Assembly: GCA_020184695.1 (NCBI GenBank)
Contig: JAANOX010000261.1
Location: 1-64,000, forward strand
Origin: Histomonas meleagridis 2922-C6/04-290x
Lineage: Eukaryota; Protista; Parabasalia
Reading direction: 5' to 3'
Length of the DNA: 64,000 bases
Made by a program: the position numbers and the translations under genes. This document shows, piece after piece, positions 1 through 12,330 of this stretch. Below the pieces are notes generated by a model, which saw nothing but the letters and a program-made list of their open reading frames with translations, was not told the origin of the DNA and did no database searches. How positions within the stretch are numbered: the first letter of the stretch is position 1; the number at the start of each line of letters is the position of its first letter.

Positions 1-5
1 GTGTG

Positions 6-1102
6 TGTCATACTGGTGATAACGCAAATTCAACTGCAACAGAATACAAAACAGGTGGGTCGGTTGATGTTGATCAATCGATCAGTCGATCGATTATCTC
101 CATCGATCACCAAGCTTTGCCAAACAAAGCTTGGTAAAGAGTGTAAACACCTTAGTCAGAAAAAAGAATGCTAAATTTTTATTTAGCAGATATTTTTTTG
201 ACGAATTCGACTTCGTCAGGGCATCCAGGTGACCAATGAGGTTCACTAAGCCACATGTCTGATGGTGTCATCCACTTTCCTGTCATCTCATGGAGACCGT
301 GGTTTACCAACAAACTCCCCTCCATTGTCGATAACAATCCGAGCAGGAGCTGAGGCCTTTGTGAGTGCAATCTCTGATTGTTGAGCAATTGTTGAGCTTT
401 CTTTGTTTAACACAATGGTTGCATGAATGATAAAGCAAGATCTATCATCAAGAAATGCAACAATGTACTGTTTGCTTCGTACTTGGCTCCCATTTTCTTG
501 CTTAATGATGAGATCATCGATTTCATGCAAATCTGTGTGCCAAATTTGGCCCACCATTTTTGCAACATATCTAATTCTTTCTTCATCCTTTTCTATATAT
601 TCATGCTCATATAGAAAAAGACCCTCCGATTCATATATCGAGGCACACTTTCGAGCTGATATCGTTGCAATATTCTTCTTCATCAATGCAAAAGCGCATT
701 TTTGATAGCCCACAACGAACTTTTTTCGATACTCAATGACTGCATCTATTTCATCCTGTGTGATCTCTGATGGCTTTCTTCCCCGTTGGATCTCTGGAGA
801 TGGAACTTGAGCAAGAGCAAATTCTTTTTTAAGGCGCTTGATTCCTATTTTTTCTTCCTTCATCAGCCCTTTGATTGTTTGCTTGTGTTCTTTTATTCTT
901 CGTTCAGATTCTAATATTTGTTCGAATGTATAGATTTGTTGCTTATAAGAACCTCTCTTTATTCAAAAAAAGTGAGTATAGAATTCAAAATTAAATAATA
1001 TTAATAAAGTATTACAATATTAAATTGATACAGAAAATTCATAAATAATATTTTTATTACCTTGGTAAATCAAAATTCTAGAAATTATGCACTTTTATGA
1101 CA
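6..1102 (-). mobile_element. IS481-like (rve integrase-core DDE) DNA transposon, internally deleted
   Basis: ORF 288-863 has WHTDLH, YIVAFLDDRSCFI and IVIDNGGEF (first two acidic residues of the rve core). The C-terminal tail (HGLHEM..MTPSDMW) lies in another frame (179-388), so the third catalytic segment is deleted. The frame extends upstream to ~960. Possible imperfect TIRs TGTCATAnnnGTG at 6 and its reverse complement ending at 1102; no TSD confirmed. Confidence 0.7.
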
Positions 1103-1199
1103 GTTTTTATGTATAGTTATTAGATAGAACCAACAGCTTTTGGATTGTTTTACATCAGCGACCGTTTATTTGGAGACCAAATCGGGTTAGAACAATCCA

Positions 1200-3655
1200 T
1201 TTAAATTGAACATTATCTAAAAATTTTTATGAGTGAGTTCATCGGACCTTGATACTAAAAATAATTGTAATTTACAATTTATATGATTGTAGCATGAATA
1301 TGATTTTTTAGTAAAATTATTTTTGAATATTTGACCATTTCCCCCGTAATAATAAATGAAATCTACGCTCTCTCATATCTATTATTTCGAATTCATTAAG
1401 TACAATTACTTTTATTACATTTCGAATTACAGACTGTCAAAAAAAGGTTCCTCACTTTTTTAATGACAGAAATTTTTTTCAAATAGAATTAATTTATCTA
1501 AACATACAATAAATTATTTTCAAGAAAACTGAAATTAATTATAAAATAATCATATATATATTATATATAATAATTTGGTTGCCTATTTATTGAGATGACT
1601 CAATTTTTGTATTTTTATTTGCAATAATCTCTTTTAATTTAGCCAAACTTATTTTGGGTAAATAGTGATTCATTATCACTTAAATCGGAGTTGTCAATAA
1701 TATCTTCGAGATAATCCTTGCGAATAATAGCAATTTTCGAAATACTGATGTCTGAATCTCCAAACCAGCACCATGGAAAGCGTTTTTATTATTTGATAAT
1801 ATCGTAGCTTTCTCCATGCTATAAATATTTATGTGAAATAGGTCAATTTAACTTCCTTTTTTATAGGCTGATCTGCAAAATGCTGTTTCTTTTTCGAACA
1901 CACCAAAAGTAACCAAATCTGAAGGCTGAAATAAATTTGTTGTATGTGGAGGAAATGTAATTGCTCTAATATTGTATGAACCTAACGTTTGCAGTATCTC
2001 TTGACTCACATTAGAAGAACAATTATCCATTAAAATAATTGCATGAGAATCAGCTAAATACATTGCATTTCTAGTATTTTGTATGTATGAGATTATTGTA
2101 TTTTTCACATACTCATGAAATATATTTATAGTGACATAACTTTTTTCCTGATATGAATAGACATAATCCTGATTTTTTCTATATTTCGAATTGAATAGTT
2201 CTTCATCAAGAGTCTTTCTATTTGATATAATAAGAGGAGAAAGAGCATCACCTGCCATAGAAATCGCTGCAGAAATTGAAATTTTTTTATTTGCTCTTTT
2301 GATCGAAAATTGAACTCTTTTTCCATTAAATTCAATTGGTGCTATTACTATTTTTGTTTTACTGTTCGCCCAATCGCTTGATGAAGCTTCATCAATATTA
2401 ATTATAAGCTCTGTGGGTGTATCTTGAACAAAATTAATCAAATTTTCGATATGGACTTTTGCTGTCATTTTGGAATCTGTGAGCCTCTCTTCTTCTTGTG
2501 GGTATGCTGTGCATGTAGTGATTTAGTCACTATGCTTATTAATAAAATTTATGTACCATGATCTTTAAACGACAACATTGAATTTTTCTTGAATTTCGCA
2601 CCTAAGTTGTGTAGGTGTTAAATAACACCTCATGGTTAGCTGCAATGAAAATAATTAAATTCAATACCTCATACTCTTGTTCCTTGGTTAATATCGAAGG
2701 TCTTCCTGTAACTTTTTTGTTTTTTAAATTTCTGATCTGTTTCGATAAATTCGATTGATCAATCAAATTATATCGTGCAACACGTTGTATTGAAATATTT
2801 ATATATAAATCTTCACGTAGAATTGATAATAATTCAATTGCTTGCTCAATCCAAGATTGATAATCTATAAGCTTAAGTCATCGAATCACATATCTAGATG
2901 TAGCACTGAAAGTTATTTAAAAATATTTTTAAATAATGTTTCGTAATCTAGCGGACAAGTACTGTATCCTGTTTTCATAAAACTTTGAATATTAATTTTT
3001 CTAAATAACGTATCTCAAACGTTTTCTAAACGTAAAAAAACAGGGATTTTTTTTTGACTGAGGAACTTTTTATTGACGTTCTGTACTATTATTACGAATG
3101 CATAATATTTTGTGAATGAAAAGGATTTTCATTAAATTAGGTATAATACTAATTTATCTAGTTATATTAAATTTATTGATAGATCATGATAACTTAGAAC
3201 ATTGAAAAAAAATTCTTTATTCGAATTATAAAAGAGAAACTAAATTACGGTAGAAGTTATTATTTATAATAAACAAATTAATATAATATTCATTTTTATT
3301 CTATATTTACTGATGCTATTTCATGCTTATCAACAAAATTAATATATTCCATTCTATTTTTATCTTGTTAAATTAAGTTTATTTATGCTTATTAATTTTA
3401 ATTATGTGTTTTCTCCTTGCATGCGGTATGAGTGTTAAATGTGTTAATGTGTCAGGTGATATATATCATAAATAATACCCAGGAGATTCGCATAATACTT
3501 ATTATTTTATATTTATATTTAAATAATCTTGAAATAATATAATATTTCTCAAGGAAAATTTTAGTATTACACAAATTGTTTGTAAAAACTAGTCTTTTGC
3601 GATTATGGAATTGTAAATGGAGCTTTAAAGATATTTGTTTACATGTGTTATGTAC
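1200..3655 (+). repeat. Dispersed AT-rich repeat interrupted by the pogo element; inverted copy at ~9070-10000
   Basis: Segments 1200-1429 and 3084-3655 align as a reverse complement to ~9070-10000 (for example AAATCTACGCTCTC, GATAACTTAGAA, ACTAGTCTTTTGCGATTATGGAA). Confidence 0.85.
1430..3083 (-). mobile_element. pogo/Tigger-like (DDE_1) DNA transposon, decayed, with TIRs and TA TSD
   Basis: TIRs CAGACTGTCAAAAAAAGGTTCCTCA (1430) and reverse-complement CAGAACGTCAATAAAAAGTTCCTCA (ending 3083), each flanked by TA. ORF 1848-2468 has INIDE, ILMDNCSS and FPPHTTNLFQPSD. Broken HTH-like coding sequence at ~2470-2780. Confidence 0.9.
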
Positions 3656-4298
3656 GTAAATTCTCAATAATCATTCAATTTTCGAGTAAACCACTCAAAA
3701 AGTGAAAATTGAACAAATTTTCATCCACGTTGTGAAATAATTGAATAGTCTGTTTGGATAAATAATCAATCAAAACATTTTTGAGATTGTTTGTACACCA
3801 GCTGTACGAAAATTCTCAGAAATCATTAAATTTCGATGTAAACTATTCAATCACATTCCAACCCACTGGAGTGGGGCCCGGCTTTTTCAGTGAAATACGA
3901 TCACAACCGATCGCTCTTTCGGTTCTTGCATAAAAAAATTTGTTGTATAGTTGTATACTCGTTTTGTCTAATGTGAAACAAATGGATTAATGAACCGGCC
4001 AACTTTTTGTGTGTAAGATATTGTTGTATTCTATTTTACACCTTTGTATAAAAGTTTCATGTGTATTCCGATCGTTAACGGTTCTGGGGTGGTCCACAAG
4101 AATTTTCAGTTTTTTTCACTAAATTCTCACATATTTTGTATCACTGTATGCTTTTAACTTTTGCTAAAATATTTTGAATTACACTTATTCAAGGAATTCA
4201 TAAATATCACTTTATATTATTTATTTTGTTACGAACTCTCTAGAGAGAATTCTGATTTATTAAAAATTGTATTGTATTATATAAAATTATCTTTTGTA

Positions 4299-5640
4299 CA
4301 GCTCGTTGCAATTGATTTTATATAGTGTGCAAAACTAAATATCTCAAAAAGTGACGCGTGAAAAAGTAAATCTCCTTCACTCAAAACAAAGTAGCTAACC
4401 AGACAAACAGAATAGCCAAAAAGTGACGTTTGCAAAATTGAATATTCCACTTGCAAAAGTAAATATCCAAAAAAGTAACGCGTGCATAACAAAGTAGCTT
4501 GCAAAAAAAATAAATATCCAATATGTGTGAATAAATATTAATGTATTTTTATTTTATCTGAAATTTTTATGTCACAAATGAATTCGTCTGCAGGATCGAC
4601 TTGGGGACTAAATGATAATTTGGAAAATGTTCCTAATGGTATTATTGATTTTGGAATCACATGTTATCATAATTGTTTTTAACAGATGATATTACATTGT
4701 CCTCCAATTTCAGAAACTATCAAAAAAATACCTGCATCAGATTTTTGTTCTACATTTTCAATAAAATTCAAAATATTATTTGAAACATTGAACAATGAAA
4801 AAGATTATTCAACTGAATTATCCGATTTTATTAACACAATGTCAGAAGAGTTTTCGATTAATTCAAATAGTCAGCAAGATTTCTTTGAAATTTTTAATTT
4901 AATTATTGAAAAACTCCCCAAATCAATCAAAAATTTATTCATCACTTCACTTTATTCTGTTGAAAGAACAAAAAACAAAAACGCCGTGACTCGAACCAAA
5001 GATGGCCAAATAGGGGACGAATAACGTCCCCAATTTCCCGCCCAAGTAGCTCAATCAATAAGACTACTTCACACCCTCAAATAAATTATAAAATATGTAT
5101 AATATAACGTTTGATGTACATTACACAAGTGTAAAATTCTGTAAATATATATTTAAATTATATATAATGCATAATTCATGCGATGAATTTTTTAATGATT
5201 AAAAAAAGTGACGAGAAATATTATCATCACAAATAAAGCAGAAAGAAGTGAAAATATTTCAATTGATGACTGTTTCACAATACTCAGTTTAAATTGAGTC
5301 ATATTCCTACAAACTTTAGATAAATAATCAAAAAACAATTTATTTATTCATCAAAATCCATATGTCCTTATTTTGTGTTGTAAACTTTTCAAAAATGGAT
5401 ATTTAGTTTTGTCAGCGGGATACCCTGTTTTTCTGCCTGTTTGTAAACCTTTCAATTTTGGGTATTTACTTATGTCTCAGGAGTATTTCGTTTTGCACGC
5501 GTCACTTTTTCGATACTTTGTATTGAAATCAATAATTTTACTTTTGCATTTAGGGTAATCGGTTTCGTAGACGGTTAGTGAACTTCTCAATTTCGAATAT
5601 TTTGTTTTGCTGACCTTCGAGAATCAATTGCAACGGACTG
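4299..5640. mobile_element. Non-autonomous Tc1/mariner/pogo-type element with TA TSD, carrying a USP fragment
   Basis: TA|CAGCTCGTTGCAATTGATT ... AATCAATTGCAACGGACTG|TA. Subterminal AAAAGTRACG(CGTG) motifs recur in inverted orientation at both ends. No transposase inside. Confidence 0.85.
4569..5024 (+). pseudogene. Truncated ubiquitin-specific protease (C19/USP) N-terminal half
   Basis: From ATG 4569: NGIIDFGITCYHNCF*QMILHCPP (Cys-box-like, one in-frame TAA) and SQQDFFEIF (QQD box). No His box. Confidence 0.7.
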
Positions 5641-6028
5641 TAATAGATAAAAAATATTATTCATTGTATTTATGAGATTCAGCTCTGGATTGCCAAATTA
5701 AATTAAATCTGCATTTGCTGCTTCAACAATGGTCTTCCTTCAGCCTCTAACGGTCGCTAGTACGATAGAGTGAAAATTTTAGCTTGAATGATTTACTCAT
5801 GAATTGAATGATTTTTGAGGATTTCCGTACACAACAGATATTTGTTAACATGTTAACATTATTACAAATGAGTAAAGTATCAAAATAAGCTAATAAAATT
5901 ATAATTCTATACCACTTTTTTTCAGAAAAAAATTCAATGAATAATTGTTAATTTTAAATCATTTATTATACTCAAGATTTCTCAATAAAAAACATATTTT
6001 TAAATAAAAATTAAAATTGATTGTTAAC

Positions 6029-6607
6029 TTAAATTAAATTTGTGATGATTTCCCCAGCTTCTTTTCTTTCAATTGAGGTGTATAACATAAAAATTGTAGA
6101 TTTCCATCTACCATGTTGTTTTATTACATTATCTTGAATTCCTGCTCTTGCAGCTTCAGTAGTTCCTCCTCTTCTAAGACTATGAGAAGAATAATTTTGA
6201 GTATCTTTGATACCACTTAAATCAAGAAGAATTCTTAATTTAGAATTAAAATTGGATATATTATATTCGAATGGATATGTTTTTGATTTAAAATTGGGAA
6301 ATTGTTTAAGTCTATTTGATAAAATATAAGGAGAATAAAATGTATTCGAATTTTGAATATAACAAATACATTCTTTTCCAAATGAATCATTTTTTGAAAT
6401 TCGAATATTTACAGTAATTCCATTTTCTTCAATTGAAATATCATTGTTTTTTAAATTTGTAAGTTCAGAAATTCTTAAAAATTTATAATACATCAAACTT
6501 ATAGCAGTCATAAATCGTAAATTATAGTATTTTGTCAAATCAATTTGATTGACAATTTTGGACATTATTTCTTTGGATACCCCTTTTTTTTGATGAGGGG
6601 GATTCAA
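6029..6607 (-). CDS. Tyrosine recombinase catalytic domain (DIRS/Crypton-type YR)
   Basis: FLRISEL (R), SKND (K), SHSLRRGG (HxxR), HGRWKS and LYT (Y). Upstream sequence to ~6900 is decayed. Confidence 0.9.
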   Translation of the reverse strand: MNPPHQKKGVSKEIMSKIVNQIDLTKYYNLRFMTAISLMYYKFLRISELTNLKNNDISIEENGITVNIRISKNDSFGKECICYIQNSNTFYSPYILSNRLKQFPNFKSKTYPFEYNISNFNSKLRILLDLSGIKDTQNYSSHSLRRGGTTEAARAGIQDNVIKQHGRWKSTIFMLYTSIERKEAGEIITNLI

Positions 6608-7399
6608 AGTTAAACTTAATTTAATTGCTTATTCACTAGAAATGTTTAGTTATGTTAATCCAAATTCATATGTGTCTGTATATACCTACTCATGTTCATT
6701 AATGATATAGATAATACATAGTGAACATGGGGTTTAGTTAAAGATGAATTCAAACTTATTCTGAAATAAAGCTTATATGATGAATTGCATTCAAAAAGTT
6801 TACAATTCAATGTTTACATCATAATTTCAATGAGTAATTGATTTAATTATTTCCATCCAACCTCCACAAAACATTGTATATTTTCTTCTTTTTATTTTAA
6901 TTTGTCTGATCGTCGTAAAAATTAAATTTTATAGAATTTTAACGCAATAAAACAAAATTAATATGTAGAACATGACAATTTTTGAATTCAAAATAAATAT
7001 ATGCGAAGCAATTGATATGATATTTTACAGAATATTGATCATATCAAAAATGAATTTTACTGTAACATTAACATTAAATTTATGTTGTGATTTAGATACG
7101 ATTAAATATTTCACAATATCTTAATTCTTGATGGTGATTTAGTTTGATATATAATAATTGCTTTTTTTATTCATTTTAATTTATACAATGTATGCAATGT
7201 CGATAACTTGCTATTTAATAATATCTGTTTCAGCATCTTTGCCAAAATTGTAAATTATTCAAAATAATATTGAATTAAAATATTTTTTCGATAAACAAAT
7301 TGAAAGCCAATTTTTGAATAAAAATTACACCTTATTCAAATTCTCCATTATGATTGAATGAAGTCTCCACTTTTTGAATAATATCCATTTAAATTTCCC

Positions 7400-8030
7400 A
7401 TGGTTGTAACACAGTACCATGAACAGATTGAATATGTCATAAAAAAGGCTTTTTGAGATATTATTCAATACTCGAAGTCAAAAAAACAACAGTAAAAATA
7501 TTCTATTTCAAATTGCAATTCAGCATGATGAGAAATTTTCTCCATAAAATTAACTCTATGGAATATATTTATTAAAATTTTACTCTATCAAATGAAGAGT
7601 TTATTCAATGGCTTTCAGCCGATCGATTTATACTCAATATTCATGAACATTATGTTTGCTCAATTTGTGGATCTGAAAATAATTGTTGTTTCAGCAAATC
7701 TTATCCAGATAGTGCCATATTCATGTGTAAATATATCCATAGGCACAAATCCTCTATTAGGACAAAAACAATTCTAATATGATAATTAAAATATTAACTA
7801 AAGGAATTACATTAACAATTTCTAATGATTTTTTTGAGTATTATCTTGTCATTATTTTTGCAATAATTGCTGCAGATGAATCAATAAAATTCGGAGATGT
7901 CATCAAATTAAAAAGTGTTTGTATGAAATCGAATAATATATTTTTAGTTAAGTTATATATTCGAACCTTAATTCGTTATATTTCTGAACAAAATGTTGAT
8001 TTTCCAATCGATGAAATAGTATAAACAGGA
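7400..8030 (+). pseudogene. Possible heavily decayed DUF3447/ankyrin-type gene
   Basis: Fragments YVCSICGSEN and CMKSNNIFLVKLY resemble YAIAGGN and AAKNGNIFLVQYF in the 39260-40336 protein. Many stops and frameshifts. Confidence 0.3.
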
Positions 8031-8232
8031 AGACCTTTTACTAATTATTATGTGATTGTTTGAATAATAGATTAAAAAGTAAAATATTTAATCAGAGTGG
8101 TTCCTTTCAGAGAACGAAATTTTAAGTAAAATTAAACAAGGTGATTGGAATCATAATTATATATATAGTGTTAATGGTATTATTTTTTATGCAGATAGTG
8201 ATACAATAACAAAATATATTACTTATAGAATA

Positions 8233-8435
8233 AGGTACTCTCCAAGCAAAAGGGAAAATTTGAATACCTTCCTCTCAAAAAGTGGAAATGCCTTTCAATT
8301 ATGCGTGATTTTTTGAATAGCATTGAAAAATTCCCTTCCAAAATATTTTTGTGGGAAAATATTCCTTCTCAAATTTGATTTCTATGTTCTACATTTTTTG
8401 ACATATAAATTTCTGGAAATTTATAAAATGTCACC
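8233..8435 (+). repeat. ~200-bp dispersed repeat; inverted copy at ~14843-15045
   Basis: AGGTACTCTCCA...GGAAATGCCTTTCAATTATGCGTGATTTTTTGAATAGCATTGAAAAATTC matches the reverse complement of 14843-15045. Confidence 0.85.
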
Positions 8436-8729
8436 AAATAGATTTTTACTTTAAACGGTCGCCACCAAATTGCTTTGTTGATAAATCAGTACACATTCAT
8501 AGTTTTGATTTGTAAACCAAAAAATATCTATAATAATTAAGGCTTATTGTTAAATATTAAAATATTCGAATTTTTTTTATGATAGATAATCATTTATATG
8601 ATATATTAAAAGTTTCATTAATTTTGATTTATATTCAGTTAATATTGAGATTTATTCATTTTAAAATCAATTCTCAAGATTTTTGTTTAAAAACAACATA
8701 AAGAATAATAAATAAACATGAATTAACTA

Positions 8730-8825
8730 TAGCATTCATTAATGAACATGAGTAGGTATATATACAAACACAAATGAATTTGAATTAACATAAGTAAACA
8801 TGGAGAATCATGAGTGAATAAGCTA
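8730..8825 (+). repeat. Fragment homologous to the region upstream of the YR ORF (6620-6710, opposite strand)
   Basis: ATTAATGAACATGAGTAGGTATATA..CAAACAC..ATGAATTTG is shared with the reverse complement of 6630-6705. Confidence 0.8.
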
Positions 8826-9069
8826 CAAGATAATATGAATCAAATGAAATAACAATATTATTTGAATTCATTTAAAGTAATTTTCGATTCAATACTGTAT
8901 AAAGTTTATTCAAACTAAGTGTCCTTACTTTATTGTGAATAAAAAGAATAATTAGAATCCCTTACTATTATTCGAATGAAATACAACACGAAAAATCGCA
9001 TGGTTTTAACATATATGAACATAATACAATATGAGATAAAATAATTTTATTCCTTTAATCATTTATAAT

Positions 9070-10000
9070 AATGTTAACATGTTAATAAATATCTATAAAG
9101 CTCCATTTACGATTCCATAATCGCAAAAGACTAGTTTTTACAAACAATTTTGGTAATACTAAAATTTTCCTTGAGAAATAATATATTATTCCAAGATTAT
9201 TCAAATATAAATATCATATAATAAGTATTATGCAAATCTCATAGCTATTCTCTTTAATATATATCAACCGGCACATAAACACATATAACACTCATACCAC
9301 ATGCAAGGAGAAAACACATAATTAAAATGAATAAGCATAAATAAACTTAATTTAACAAGATAAAAAAAGAATGGAATATATTAATTTTTTGATAAGCATG
9401 AAATAGCATCATCAAAAATAGAATAAAAATGAATAAAGTTGAGATAACATTGTGTGTGGGGAAAAAAAAAGTTAACATAGGATAACATTGAAAAACACTT
9501 AATATACATGTCCATTAACAAATATAACATAGCATGAATTAAATTAATAAATATGAGTATATATGATTTTTAAATATGTATATTATATTAATTTGTTTAT
9601 TATAATAAATTATGACTTCTCTACCTTAATTTAGTCTCTCTCTTATGATTTAAATAATGAAATTTTTTCAAATATTCTAAGTTATCTTGATCTATCAATG
9701 AACAAAATGTATAAATTTAATATAATTATATGAATTATTATGATACCTAACTTATTCTTTATATTATGCATAAGAAATAGTAGTAACTTGAAATGTAATA
9801 AAAGTAATTGTACTTAATGAATTTGATATAAAATATATAAGAGAGCGTAGATTTCATTCATTATTATAGAGAGGAAACTATAAAATATTTAAAAATGATT
9901 TTTTCGGAAAATTATATTTATGCTACAATTATATAAATTGTAAATTACAATTATTTTTTGGATCAAGGTTCGTGAAATCACCTATAAAAATCTTTAATAA
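9070..10000 (-). repeat. Inverted copy of the 1200-3655 repeat without the pogo insertion
   Basis: The two pogo flanks are joined across a single TA at ~9781-9786. An extra ~130 bp is present at ~9430-9560. Confidence 0.85.
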
Positions 10001-10989
10001 TGTTATATTTCAATGGATATATATATATAAGTGATTTATAATTACAAAGAAGACTTTTTAAGATCTAAAAATGAAAATGTTCTCATGTTGAACTATTTCA
10101 AGATTAATATACAGTTTATTAATGATTATTAATTATAACTATGATTATGAACTAATTGTGATCATATCATGATCGATAAATTCATATTTCCCATAAAATC
10201 AATTAGCATAATGACAATAACTTTATACACTTATTTTCTTGGTAACTTTGAAAATATTATAAGATATACATTCATGTACATATGAGACTTTGAATAAGTT
10301 GAATCCCCGTGTTTTTGGTAATATTTGAACAAAGATTATTATCGAATTAAAATTATATCAATTTTTGTCATTAAAAATTATATATTTCATTAGATTTATA
10401 TTTCAAAAAATATTCTAACATTTTTTAAAAATAGAATGAATTATTTCACTATTTTTTTCATACAAAAATGAAAAATTTACGAGATAATAATATTATCGCT
10501 CATATCTGAATGTGTGTAATGGTTAATTCTTCAGATGTTCAGTTTTTGAATAAATGTTTGGAATTAACTGCTTTTTACGCAGAATTTTCTGTATAAATAT
10601 TGAATTATCATTCAATAATTGAATGAACATCATTTTACCGAAAATTATTATATTTTTTTTTCAAGATTGCAATATATTTGGTTGTACAAAATTCGAGTGA
10701 TGAAATATGTATACATTACTAAACATGAGAAATGTGATTGAAATCCGAAATTAGAAAAATTTATAAATTTAATTATCCCTAAAAAATCCAATTTTTAATG
10801 TATATAATAATATTTTATCGAAGTTTTTAACATATGTCAAGTTTATTAATGAGCTATATTAATGAATTTATTTGATTTTTAAAAATCGATATGATTTTTT
10901 TGACATCAAATTAATGTAAAAAATTAATAGGACTAAAGTGTATATAATACATTAAGGTTTACCACAATATAGGATTGATTAATTACGAT

Positions 10990-11305
10990 TTTTTCCAAAA
11001 ATTTAATTTTTCGAAATTTCGAAATTTGTAACAAAAAATTTAAACAAATCAATATTTAAATAATATAATAAAATATGTCATCAAATAAAGATAATATATA
11101 CATATTTTTCGAAAATTAAATTTTCAAAATTTCGAAATTTGTAACAAAAAATTTAAACAAAACCAAATCTAAACAATATAACAAGATATGTTATCAAATA
11201 AAGATAATATATACATATTTTTCAAAAATTAAATTTTCGAAATTTCGAAATTTGTGACATAAATTTTCACGAATCGATATTTAAATAACATAATAAAATA
11301 TTATT
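10990..11305. repeat. 113-bp tandem repeat, ~2.7 copies
   Basis: GAAATTTGTR recurs at 11021, 11134 and 11247. ATCAAATAAAGATAATATATACATATTTTT is repeated. Confidence 0.9.
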
Positions 11306-11449
11306 TATATTACTTTCCTCAATTTTCTAAAAATAAAAAATGATCATAACAATCGAAGATATGAATTTTTACTTATTCCAACTCTTCTTCTTCTCCATCG
11401 CAATCAATTACTTTTTGTAAACTTTGTGTCTGCAATTAATTGAACGGCG

Positions 11450-12330
11450 GCCTAAACATTTGATCCTTATTGTGAATAACATTCCATCTCCACATGAACT
11501 CTGATATATGTTCATTGACTTTATTTTATGGGATTCCTTCATATCTTTTATTAATAGTTCCCTCCAAAGTCTTTCTATCATTTGAGTGTGCGCTTTAGTT
11601 TCAGGATCAACAAAAATACATTAATGATTAACGACTTGATGCTCGTAATCATTGTCATTATCAAGAAAGTCATATGCTTTGCGTCAATAAGAAATTATTC
11701 TTGTTTTGGGTAATATATGAGTACGCAGCTCTTCTTCTAATGTTTCTCTTGTTCGATCAGAGTACAACAAGACAAAAGAATTATCTATCTTCCACACAAA
11801 TTCCCCCAAAGATCCACACTTGATTTTAAACATCGTCCAACATTATATTTTTCTTCGGCACATTAAAGTTTCATCAATTTGAACAGTTTTATCAGGACCA
11901 CCAACAACAAGACCAACTAAAAATAAAACATATGCATCACATGCATTTCTAAATAAAGTAAAATAATAAGTCAATGTGTTTCTGCTCACTCCTACTTCTC
12001 TTGCAGTATCTTTACATGAATATTTATATACCCAACAATATAATAAATAAATCTTAGAAAGTGGTATTTTTGCCGAGGTAAAAATACTTCCATATAAAAT
12101 ACTTTTTGATTTGTGGCATCTTGGGCATATCCATTTGTATCCAAATCCTTTTGAAGAATCTCTGTAGATCTGCATATCGAAAGTACATTTTCACACATCA
12201 TTTGATTATAAATAACTCCATTCTGTAATGCAAATTGAATAGCTGCGTCTTCATTCGTAAAAAGAAAAAAATAAGAGAGAGTATTATCGATAAACGGGAA
12301 AGATAATTGTTGAGGCTGATTGTAATCCAT
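11450..12330 (-). mobile_element. Merlin/ISXO2 (IS1595-like) transposase pseudogene
   Basis: Frameshifted pieces give CxxC..WICPRCH, VGGPDKTVQIDETLM, YEHQVVNH and FVDPETKAHTQMIERLW. Confidence 0.9.

Noticed and set aside
4975-5075. tRNA-like pieces (GGTTCGAGTC on -, GCCCAAGTAGCTCAATC on +)
   Set aside because: The pieces are on opposite strands, no cloverleaf can be built, and AAGTAGCT is also a subterminal motif of the surrounding element.
6677-8765. AGTAGGTATATA at ~6680 and ~8752 as further copies of the GGTAGGTATATA terminus
   Set aside because: The match stops at 11-12 nt and lies inside the duplicated YR upstream region without the downstream ATGCGGTCGGGA.
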